Shown in pieces: positions 12,332-23,800 of a stretch of 64,000 nt of DNA. The position numbers and the translations under genes were made by a program. This DNA comes from Tubulanus polymorphus (lineage: Eukaryota > Animalia > Nemertea), in NCBI RefSeq assembly GCF_964204645.1, contig NC_134030.1, positions 10,561,947 to 10,625,946 of the forward strand, in the 5' to 3' direction. Numbering within the stretch: the first letter of the stretch is position 1; each line of letters opens with the position of its first letter. The notes below the pieces were generated by a model. The model searched no databases, was not told where the DNA came from, and was given only the letters and a program-made list of their open reading frames with translations.

Positions 12332-13279
12332 ATGGTCCGACAAAAGTTACCAGTCGACGTAAGGAGAATTGTGAATGGATTTTTGAGCGCTGGAAAGCAG
12401 GTCGTTCGTTATAGAATCACAGGTAACGTACACACGTCAACTCTAGTACTTGACTTCCGATGTCGCGAGTCCAACAACCGACAACAACAACAAGCCCACG
12501 ACACGGCTCCGAAGCACAAGAGCCCGGCGAAACGTTTTCGCGATCGAAATAGACTGCGTTCGTGGTTGAAAGCTAGATTCGACGATTACCATAATAGTAA
12601 CTCGAATAGGCATATCGACCGAGAGCATGGTCTCGCGGAGGAGGATTCGGTCGTGTCTGATGCTCTGATAACGGAGATATCAACAGATTTGATATTGGTG
12701 TCCGAGTCTTGTCCACCAGTCAGCGTAGAAAGTGCCGGCACGTCATTGGTGGATCCCGACGACTTCGTTCTCAATACTAATTTGAATGTGTCTCCGGATG
12801 CTGGTGATATTTCCAACGATGTCGACGAAGGCTGTCGTGAATTCGAGGATTGCGAAATGATAAACAGCCAATGTCCAAACAACCGCGGTGAAAATGAAAA
12901 TTCGAATCCGACAATTCGCGCAGAAACGACTGTAGCTCCCACAGATCCCAACGAACCAGGCGCGTACGACGAAATCGACCCGGTTGTCGTGCAGTCGTTT
13001 CCAATACACCCGAGACCGCATATTCGAAAGGTCGTCCACGATCAACGCGATTCGACGTCGAAGTTCGTCGCCGATGTCGACGATGGTTCGCTGATAGTTT
13101 ACGACGAAACCGACGGAGGTTTCGAGATCCTCCGTCGTTCCGCGGACGACACGGCCGCGAGTCGGTCGGAACACCATAGCACCCGAATTCGAGAGTTCGA
13201 GGAGCTTTTGCTGTCGTCTGTCGACGTAATCGGCCCGATGAATGTTTTCCGTTTGATATTATCCGACGTCTGGGAATAG
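12332..13279 (+). CDS. Intronless 315-aa protein of unknown function, possibly encoded by a mobile element
   Basis: Longest uninterrupted ORF in the window, starting with ATG. GC/CpG content is higher than in the flanks. Layout is protein-like: ordered N-terminus, basic motif HKSPAKRFRDRNRL, acidic linker, beta-rich C-terminus. No named domain recognised. Confidence 0.6.
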   Translation: MVRQKLPVDVRRIVNGFLSAGKQVVRYRITGNVHTSTLVLDFRCRESNNRQQQQAHDTAPKHKSPAKRFRDRNRLRSWLKARFDDYHNSNSNRHIDREHGLAEEDSVVSDALITEISTDLILVSESCPPVSVESAGTSLVDPDDFVLNTNLNVSPDAGDISNDVDEGCREFEDCEMINSQCPNNRGENENSNPTIRAETTVAPTDPNEPGAYDEIDPVVVQSFPIHPRPHIRKVVHDQRDSTSKFVADVDDGSLIVYDETDGGFEILRRSADDTAASRSEHHSTRIREFEELLLSSVDVIGPMNVFRLILSDVWE

Positions 13280-13520
13280 ATTGGTTTATCTGAGAGGGCG
13301 ATTGACCGTCCTGTAGACTTGTTTTCATACTGGGACCAGTTGCTCAAAAGTTGATTAGAGTTAACTGGTGGACAAACACCATGTGAATGTACAATACATT
13401 TTCGATTGTCACTATCACATTTATTCATCGGTTAAATCTAACCAACCTTTAATCAACTGCGACTTGTACTGTTACACATTGATGAAACACTATGGCCTTC
13501 TTGGAAGATCGTGTAGAATC

Positions 13521-13666
13521 CCACACTAAGAATACGTTCAAAATGGTTACCTCGAGGTAACATTTATTCGACGTTTCGACTTTATCATAATATTCATCTT
13601 GAAGATGATATGGTCAAAACATCGAATATGTTAGCTCAAGGAAACATGTCGGGACTCTTAGTGTGG
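13521..13666. mobile_element. Palindromic element containing two inverted hammerhead-like remnants
   Basis: Ends ccacactaaga / tcttagtgtgg. Core GAAGATGA...TCAAAACATCG on + and AAGATGA...TCGAAACGTCG on -. Confidence 0.5.
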
Positions 13667-16600
13667 TATCAATACTGCATTGTACATGTTTGTAGACTTA
13701 ACTATGTGGTCAATAATCCATTCACAATTTCTTTGACATTTTGAACTGTACACAGCATTGAGTTGTTATACTTGTACAACCATGTATATAAAAGTTGTTC
13801 TAGTTATATGTTAAACAAACTGCAAGGACGAAAAATGCTTTAAGACAACAGAAACAACGATTTCTGTTTTTTTAAAATATATTTATGATATTCTAATGTC
13901 CTGCAAGTATTTATTCATCTGCTTTTGTGTTGTTTATTTCCTATTATTGTGTTACATGTTAATTGTTTTTTTTAATACCATGTCATATCATCGCTACATA
14001 TAAATATCAATGGACGGAACAGACATCTTGCTATGTTACATGAATTTTGAAAACCATTGCACTAATTGACACGTAACAGTTTTTCTAAACTACGCTGTCA
14101 AATCGACAACTTCGATTCGTTCTCAAAAAGCTATTTCGTGTTAGCTATTGCGGTTGTTTTTGACTGCATCTCTTCATGGACAATGAATATTACTACATCA
14201 CTACTACATGTATATACTTTATCGTTAAATTTGTGAAATGCGTTTCAACTACTGGGTATAAGGGTCGATTTTCTCTGCAACTATGTACTTAAACTGTAAA
14301 TAAACATATCTATTTTACGACTGTTATTTTCCTGTAGTAAATCTAAATTAAAAATTAAAAAACAAGCATTTTCATTTGATGATGATACTTCACTGTTACT
14401 GATTATTGTCGCAACTTACAGGATCCTTTCAAACCCATCATGGCCTCTAAACCCGAATGAATAGAGGATTTTGCAGACCTTCAGGTGTTTTTTTTCTGGA
14501 TAGAATATTTACAAGATCACTGGCGTATAGTAATGGACATGGGATATTGATGTCCCTTAAGGGAGGGTGACAGTTATGTGAATAATCTACGTAAGTTGAT
14601 ATTGAGTTGAGATATTGAAGAGCATCGGGCTTAGAATATTACCCTGATGAACAGAGATTTTTACCGGAAATTAAATATGAAATTCTAAAACATAGAGCCG
14701 CTGAACGGTACAGAAAATGAGAAATGTAAAAAGGACGCTTTAATATTCTTCATGATTAAAGGCAGTTTATCATGCGGCTAAATCATACCCACTGTCGAAC
14801 GTCGAATATTGATTACGAATGACTTGTCATCAATTTTCGATATTCGATCAACGGCACACATCGTTCGCGATCGTTTTTCCTGCATAGTTGACGAGATATT
14901 TGGTGGCGCATTACCGAGCCATTTATCGCTTGTTCCATCACGTTGTGTCAATACGCCATGTTAAGTCAACAGCGGAACTACTTTCTGACAGGGGAAATTT
15001 CGCGTTTTAATCATCCAACTAGGCGCCCGTGTCAGACTCGCTACGCCGAGCGAAACACGCGGAAAAGATAATAAATGTTAAACCGATGAGCCGGGGTCTT
15101 CGCGGGGCAAAATTTATGTCAATATTTCGGCGGAATTTATTCGAACAATCAATAGATACCGCCATTAAATTGATGAACGTCAAGATTTTGTCATTGTCGA
15201 CAGTGCTGAGATACGAGTTTATGAGGACGCGCGCTCATCTGTGCCCAATTTGCCGGAAAATTAGCCGTGATGAGCCGCTGAAAGCGAACGATAGACACAG
15301 AGTGAAATAAGCAAACACGACGACGCTGTACGTCACATCGATCGAGGCAAACCGTGCGCAATAATATTCAAGAAATCACTGTTTACTTTTTATGTTTTTT
15401 TTTAAAATAGCGACGGGTACTGCAAAAATAGAGTGAAATCTACGAACGAGAAAACAACCTTGGAAGTTTCTTGACGCCTTGAAAAATAACACGTCTATTG
15501 CTTGATATTGTCGACAATAAATGATATAGTATATATTATATAAGAGCAAATCAATAAAGTTATTTTGGATTTGAATATATCGATAATTGAATTATATCTA
15601 CCGGCAACCAGTCTTTATGACGTAGAGACATCCTCTCAAAAATGGTAACTAGAAAGCGAATATTTTGAATTAAAAAATAAACGCCAAAATTCACAATTGT
15701 AATCTATCGTTATTTTGAAATGCCAATAGCGATGACACATCGATTGGCAGTAAACCCCTAGAGTCACGCTTAGGTATCAATGTATATACACATAATTGTA
15801 ACGGTCTTTTCGGCATTAAAAAAAACGATATGCTGCATCGAGACCAGTCAGGGCTTAGTCTTGTCGATTCGATCATACATCTAAACTAGGGTTTGTAACT
15901 AGTTTACTCGAGTTGATCTGCATACCCATGCTCCAATATACACGATCACGCGTAGACACCCGCGCATACTAAAACCAGTAGAAAATACCAGATTGTCTCG
16001 AAGCATGTATTTCTTGCTCTTGTCTTTGTATGACTTTACATAGAGGATAACCCGATAGACCATGCATCTCCTTACCTTTTTAGAATCACTTTGATGACAG
16101 GCGCGTTGGGAGCTATTTTGAATGCCACCGAATTATGACAGGTTGCAATATATTGCCACGGCGAATGTACTTCAATTTCTTCAAAAATATCGTATTCAAA
16201 GCATATGTAAAATTGTGTTAGATTTATACGCACAAACATGGACTTAGTCAGATGAATCCACGTGTCCATTCGGATCATTAAGATTTTGATCGATAAAATT
16301 AATTTGCATTCATACAATGTACACAAAAGACCCGCGTTTTATGGAGTCATACCGTCCGGTAGGCTAAAACATAAACTTAAGATTGAATGTGGTCAAATAA
16401 TTCCATGTGATAAGTTAAAGATAAATTGGAACTTTTTATCCTTGAAGGGTACTTTTTGATTTCAAAGAATATATATGTCACAATGTAATTCAGCCGGATC
16501 GGATATTTCGAAATGGGCCGTTTTTATGTTTTAGAAATGCCGCCTAATTCGGCGATGCGGTCGTTCATATCTCATACCAGTGATCGCTGCGATAACTACG

Positions 16601-17600
16601 AACGTTCAACCGCCATCCTCGAGATGTGATTTATTATTTTCGAACCGGCGTGATGGGCGAACCAATTAGTGCCGAGATTGGGCAGCGCGCTAATAGGCAT
16701 CGATTGTTTGTTAATTGCGCCAATAACAAAGACAATGTAAGCAGTAATAACGCTAATGAAAGCTCGTCCAGTTGACGTATTGATCGGTGAAGTTAGGGCG
16801 GAAAATGCGCGGATTAAACCGAAGCCAATCTACCGCTCATGAATACGTAACAAGCGTCCAATCATCGCGCATTAATTTCTCGCGGCCTCGATGGCGAAAT
16901 CTTGTTGAGTTTTTAATTCAGAGAAAGTGGCATCATCGCGCCGATTGGCATCTATAGAAAAAAAACCACACGGAACATATCGTCGATGTCCGCGTCGTGG
17001 AATCTAGCAATATGGGTGGACTTCGGTTTTCGTAGCTAGTCGACTAGTGGTCGAAGAACTGATAACCGACTGACTACTGCGACCGTGCTTAATCCCGCGG
17101 TCGGCGATTATCTGACAATCGGTTTGATATTCGCTAAGACCGCAAATAGTCGACTCCGATAACCGAATTCACCCTGGCTGTCAACGGGAACTGTGACCTT
17201 TTGCTTCAGTTAACAGCTTGCACTTGACATCCAATGTGACGCGCGCTTGTACATCGAGCGTGGGCATTTCTTTTTCAACCGTGAGGTGTTTTGAATATTG
17301 TATTTTTTAGAGCGCCCAACAGTGGATCGTGTTAGAAAATAGGTATAGACTCATGGTCTTGACCAACACCGCCACCTGGAGCGTTGGCTGCCTGATAAAG
17401 AATCATTCGCTGGAACGACGACGTCAAAGAATTCCATAATGTACGAAATTAGATCTCTCTACCAGAAAAAATGAAAATTCAGAATTACATGTATATGAAT
17501 CTCAATCTTGTATTTGACAGAATGAGCATATCGACCCAGGAGATTCTATCGGAAATCCCTCATGTCAAATAAACTTCTACACTCGAACATGCTGGCTGTA

Positions 17601-17925
17601 CTTGATTCGCCCCCGGCAGGGATTCGAACCTGATGGCATCGAGATTACCACACTAGACCGAGTGTTCAGCTACATGCGCAGCTTAAAGGATGTCATTATT
17701 AGCCAATCAGATATCCCGTTTTATTTTTGCCCGGGATTTCCCAGTTATAGTTCCTCCGTGAAATTCACCTCAGCGATTATACAACGAGCATTCAGATTGG
17801 TGCCGCAAGTTTTCGCGCGGCAAAGCTGCGCATGTACCTGCGCACCCGGTCTAGTGTGGCAGGGGTTCGTGCCCTGGCTGAATTAAGCGATGCCATCAGG
17901 TTCGAATCCCTGCCGGGGGAGGATG
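17601..17925. mobile_element. Fold-back MITE with tRNA-like (A-box/B-box) arms
   Basis: Long inverted arms cccggcagggattcgaacctgatggcatcg / cgatgccatcaggttcgaatccctgccggg; gctgta flanks both sides. Confidence 0.75.
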
Positions 17926-19858
17926 GCTGTATTTCTGTTATCGTAGTTAGTCGACTTTTCGTGAACTAAGTGAAATCGAATGACAGTAAGGACCACTAGC
18001 GAATCACTCAACACCATGAGCACGTTCACTGTAGTTCGCTGAGACCAATTTAAGACCACCTTAGTTCTATATGACCAATGCAAACAATTTCAGACCAGTG
18101 TTAGCATTTAAAGAACATTTTGGACTTAAATCTCGAATATGGAAAGTTCCGAGATGATCGACAAAAAACGTGAGACCGAACTGTAGTGCGTTCGATTATT
18201 AGCTCCGACCACACAGTCGACTCACTACGATAACCGATGTTTTTCCAGGTGATAGTTGACTAGGGTTCATCAAATAATGATATAAATACTAATAACGTCT
18301 GGGGAAACAAATAACAAATAAAAATGATGATTCAATGGGAAGAGTTGGGTTTAACGAAGAAAACAAGAAATGTAAATAGCTTAGTCTAAGGGAATAGTTC
18401 AGAAAACATGATTCAGAAACTTGGTATGTAGTGTTGGTGGTTGGAAATATATTTCTAGTCGGAGAGTGGTTGATGGAGGCTGCAGATTCTGTAGAAACCA
18501 TACTGAATTTGGTAGGGAGAGATCACGTGGTTGAAACTTGGTAGAGGGAGAGACTAGTTAAGTTGGGAAACAAGTAGAGAGGGAGTGAGTTCGAATTTTG
18601 GCAGCCACCAGTACAGTTGTCAGTAGATCCCATGAGATTGCCTAGTTGTTAGTTTATTTTTTTGGGGAAGTCATCTTAAGAGGCAATCGATCACAGGTGG
18701 TGATCGAAAGATGGACCTGGACCTCGGACTGCTAAAACTTCAGCCCTTGGACTCGGTTCTGAAACTGAAAACTGAATCGCGTAAAAACCGGCTTCGTTCG
18801 GAAACTTCGGGTCTGATCCGTCGAGCTTCTGCACAAAAAGATAAACTAAAAACTATAGACACTAAATCTATAACCATAACTCAACTATGTAAACTATAAC
18901 TATAAATAAACCACTGTTTTTTCAATTCCAAAGCGACGATAATCAGCACAGTAAGTAAAGAAGCAGACAGAGGAAGTTTGAAACTCACATCGATATATTT
19001 GCTCCATGCTCGAGATCACAAAATACCAATATTTCGAGCAGAGCGAATACGTCAATGAGAATCTGTCATTTTGCAAATAGGACCTGGTTGCTCCCCTACT
19101 AAGTTTTCCTGATCAGTGAGCCAATCCCTTACGCAGAAATGGTCGGTTAGGGCTCCGGATTCGGGATGATCCGGTCAAATTGCAACGAATCGCTGCTGTA
19201 CGCATTAATGACAAGCGTGAAAGACTTATCGCCGCGTGCATTGAGGAATGAAATTTCATCATATCGCGCCAACACCAACACCGCTTCTCGACCCGACATA
19301 AAAATTCATTTCGCGAAATGGTTCGCCTTTCGGCGACAATCAATCCGGTTGTGTGGACTAAAGCTAATTTGTGTGTTCAAAGTCGCGAGCAATCGGCACC
19401 GAATGTGTGTACCGAACAGGCCGTAACGATCGCTAATTCGATCTTCCGCGACTACGGAGGGAATTATGAATTTATTAAGGGGTCCTCGGAGAATTACTCG
19501 GCGGCCGTTAGCGTTCGGCGACCGGGTTTACTTAGCAGATTAACGCCGGTAAACGCGCGTGATAAACGAGCCGCAGAACCGTTTGGCAGAAATCAGAAAT
19601 TTTGCACCCTCGGTTGGTAAATTGAGTTTTCATCCGGGTAATCATACACACAGCAGCGGCAGACGATGTGGATCTCGATCGTTGGTGTTGACTTTAAAAC
19701 AAGACTTCCTGCTTGGTCCCGTGGTCTTACAGAAAAATTTCTTCCAACAACCCAGAGGGCTTCAAAGTTTTTTAAGTCAATTCATGTAACATGAACATAC
19801 ATCACCAATACTGATACATATAGAGTTAAGTTAAGCGTGACTCTAAATATACTATTAA

Positions 19859-20050
19859 CCCGTTCAGCGCGTCCACACCGCAGTGCGGTATATACAAATG
19901 ATGGACTTTGCTAGTACATCGTATCGCGGTGTATTGGCGTTATGGGTAATTAGTTTTTATCTCTATTGAAAGATGGCAGTACCTGTCAAACATAGTGAAA
20001 TATCAGTAAGTAACGATACACCGCACCGCGGTGTAGACCCACTAACGCGG
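19859..20050. mobile_element. piggyBac-like MITE (degenerate)
   Basis: Left end TTAA|CCCGTTCAGCGCGTCCACACCGCAGTGCGGT; imperfect inverted copy ACCGCACCGCGGTGTAGACCCACTAACGCGG at the right. Confidence 0.55.
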
Positions 20051-20345
20051 TATGCCCGGCAATAAAGTTTCTATTATGAAAGGTGATTTTGAGTGGACAG
20101 GCACGTCCCCCATTTCTATTTTCAAACTCTAAACTGAATGTAATGAATGGATGGCGTCGCCTCTGGGCTCAAATAGCTGTAACCTAACAATCCATTGACA
20201 CAATGGAAAGTTTATGGATGTGGGATTGTGTTGTCCCTCATCTTGTTCTTATAGTACCTTTGCGTTTCATTGTGGTGCTTTTATACGTATGGGACTATCG
20301 TGATCACCTTTTAACATCACCTCATTGAGTAGCATTAGTACGTAT

Positions 20346-20865
20346 TTCTCTTGTTTGATGTGATCGCCAAAGCTTATAAAATGGAGGAACTGCGATACCA
20401 GTTCTGCCACCAGATGGCCTGACTATCTATAACTCTTGAATTGCCAAAGTTAGTTCATTTCAGTCATGTTTAATGAAAATGATTTTTTAGGCAACTGTAT
20501 CCACCTATCATCACGTTACCTACTCGAGTAGCATTAGTACGTACTAATGATCTTGGAGTATTAGGACTGTCTTATTTCTCCAAGGTTTGATGGTTATATC
20601 ATTTCAAGTTCAATTCTGATTTAGTCTTTAAGAGGTAGCCCTTCAACACAGGGTAACTCAATACGACGTGCTGCGTGTAAATATAAACATTCCAACTATC
20701 TGCCGAAAGTGTTTTTTTATCGAGGTTGCCCGTCTTTGAATGAGAACACGATATATAACCAGTATCTCTCAAGGTTTTGGATACCATTCCATTGGTTCTC
20801 TTGTTTGATGTGATCGCCAAAGCTTATAAAATGGAGGAACTGCGATACCAGTTCTGCCACCAGAT
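20346..20865. repeat. Exact 70-bp direct repeat (20346-20415 and 20796-20865)
   Basis: ttctcttgtttgatgtgatcgccaaagcttataaaatggaggaactgcgataccagttctgccaccagat occurs twice, 450 bp apart. Confidence 0.9.
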
Positions 20866-23800
20866 CTGTCATTTCATGCGCTGAAAAAATTATTATAGGT
20901 GGAAAACCTTCCAAAAATTTGGGGGTGACATTTTTGAGGGCACTTCAAATTTGCGGGGAGGGGGGGGGGGTTGTCCGGACACCCTGACACCCCCTAGATC
21001 CACCCTGCCACTAAATATATACTTGATTGATTTTTCTACTCGGTGATTGGTATCGTCTTCATAAATATGATTGGTTTATTGAATAGAAAAGTTATAATAT
21101 CCTTGCATGCCACAAGTATAATCATCGATTGCCACAGTAGCATTGCAGGGGGAACGATGGAAATTTGAAACCGCTATCCAGAACGAAAGAGAAGGCATTT
21201 CTCGGGATAAAGCAGTTTAATGTGTTGTCAAATGCCTCTATTGCATGGGGTTCCGCGTGGTTCCACCTTCGGTTTTAGATATTTTGGAATAAATACATCC
21301 GAATGCTTACAATTTACGAGAGGATGAGCGTAAAATCTCAATGGTTTTAACGATCCCTGTCTTGACGAAAAGGGCAATCTCGCAGGAGTAGGCCTACGGA
21401 CCCTGAATCCGACCCTGCAGTGAAAGTATTCCACTGACGTAAGATAAGATAAGAAATTCCCTTCAGAAGGGATCAATATGTAGATATCTGAACCGTTTTT
21501 AATAAATTTTGCTGATTGGAAATTTGAAGTTTCAAAGTTTAAAATTGGAATGTTTCCGCGAAGTTCAGTGAGTATAGAAAAGGAAATGTCAATTCCCCAA
21601 AAATTACACGATGGACATGCTCTTTCGTTTATGGCTAAATGAAGATTACGTAGGAATTCAATGTATATAGTACAAGTAAAAGGAGAGACCAAATTCTCCA
21701 AACTAGAAAAAAGTTCTACGTCCCACTATCGCAGCTGGTGGTTCGTTGGATTTGCCGCAGTATCAGGGTAGTCAACATTGTACATCGGGCACCACCATAT
21801 ATGGACCGTTTATTCCTCGGTGGCGCGACTCGAAGACGGTGGCGACAAACTGCAAACAGAGAGATAATCTCATCAGCATCGTCGTTCACAAGAGCGGCGA
21901 CGCTACTAATCGAATAGGGATAACTATAGCTCGATCATTACAGTTGATTCACCGCGCGACTAATTAGATATCGTGCCTAGCTTCTAATGACGCTTAAGTG
22001 AGTCGTCTCATTCACGAGCGGTTAAGCGATCTATCGTGTAAATACCCGCGCGGCACAGTGGTTCTCGCGCGCGTGCCCGTATAGATTAGATTAATATACA
22101 CGCTATTCGTCTCTCGTTCATACGGCGGAAACAGTATTACGCGCGTTCGATGACTCTTTCTTGGTAGTCTGAGCTAATTACGCATATACGAAATTGATAA
22201 GAAAACTCGTAAATCGTGTAAGAAAATATATGTATTAGACTCGAAACAAAATGGGTCTTCGTTTACCTTCTACATGCACTCGACTTGACCTTACGATATA
22301 TATGAAATGTATTCAATTTCTTTATTCTTCTTTTTGACACTTAAATGTTGTTTCTTTTCCTCATTATTGTAAAAAGTCAATATTGTTATCCATATACATG
22401 TATAACGGTGCAATGAAGATAAAATTGAATTGAATTGAATTGAATTGTAAACTGAAGGGAACTCCTCAAAAATCCGCTATAATGATAAACGATAGATTTT
22501 CGGTAACATTTTCCATGATATTTTCTCCGCGAGCATTGGGGACAGCGTTTTTCAAGATTAAGTAAAAGTTTTAAGACTTGAACAACTCCAGAAAAACGCT
22601 TACTATGAGTATAGTCCGGCAACCAGTCTAGAAAATCTATCGTTTATCGCCATCGGCGAGGGCGCTGAACAGAACACAAGATTGCTATAGCGGCGCCGAT
22701 CGAATTTCTATGAATGAGGGAATTCAATTGATGATAGAAAATGTAACCAGAAAAACAACTTGTCTCTAGTGATAGCTAAGAGTCTTTTTCTAAAGGGTTG
22801 AATATTCAAATAACTTGAATATTAGAAGTAGTTTAAAGCAACATTCAACTCAATTGTTGTGTAATTGGGCACAATTTTTCGTCACTATTTAATCGAAGCA
22901 AATATACACACTTCAGCGACGGCAGATTTTGACTGCGGAATAAAAATCCACAGAAACCGGCCGCTTCATTTTTCATAAAACGCATGACGCGCGCATTGTC
23001 GACAAAGCCCTGACGACAACACCAAACGACGATCGCGTTGTTGTCTTTGACACTTCGTCCCTCGTCACGATATTAAACCTAAACGGTTAAACATCGTAAT
23101 TGGGGATCGCGTTTTCGGACCGTGAACGCATTAAAACGGTATTAGACAGGTATGCGTGCCGATTTTGACAGTCGGTGCGGTCAGATCTCGTCGAAGTGCA
23201 CTTTAGACCAGGTGGTTAGACGAGTTGTCGTTCCCAGATTTCGAGTGCCGATATGAGAAAATCATCAGATGAAATCTATTATACCGCGAAGCAAAAAACG
23301 AATGAAATTCGGAGAGCGTGTTTACCGAGCGCTTTTTTCCGTCCTGTTATACTGCAATCAAAATTTGACGACGCACTCCGCCAGCGTTAAACGTATCTAT
23401 ATCGTAAGATAAAGCGGCGTATCGTTATGGCTTTATCGAAGAAAAAAGACGTTAAACAAATTTTGGTCGGCGTAGAGCGTCAATTTGTAACATTAACTGA
23501 CAAATGCGGCTTGGAGAGTCGTTAAGGCAATTCGGCGATTAATCAAGCCGAATTGGAGAGCTGTTCTAACAATTGTATTATTCAATATCGTACCATACAG
23601 CGCTGATTAAAAGCAGCCACTTAATTAAATGGCTGTCGTTCGACGCTTTGTAAACGCGTTCGGCCAGAAATTAATTTGGTTGATAGACGCTATTAGCTTT
23701 AATTAATACCGTAATTAGTGCAAGATGAATTTCTGAATGCGCGCGCGCGCGTCTTGAGAGGGACGATTCTCGAGAAGTGTTCGTTTAATGTATTCCGCCC

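Noticed and set aside
12443-13428. Five minus-strand ORFs (61-183 aa)
   Set aside because: Antisense shadows of the GC-rich 315-aa plus-strand ORF.
17840-17920. Possible tRNA gene (GGTTCGAATCCC)
   Set aside because: No clean acceptor stem or cloverleaf; it is one arm of an inverted-repeat element.
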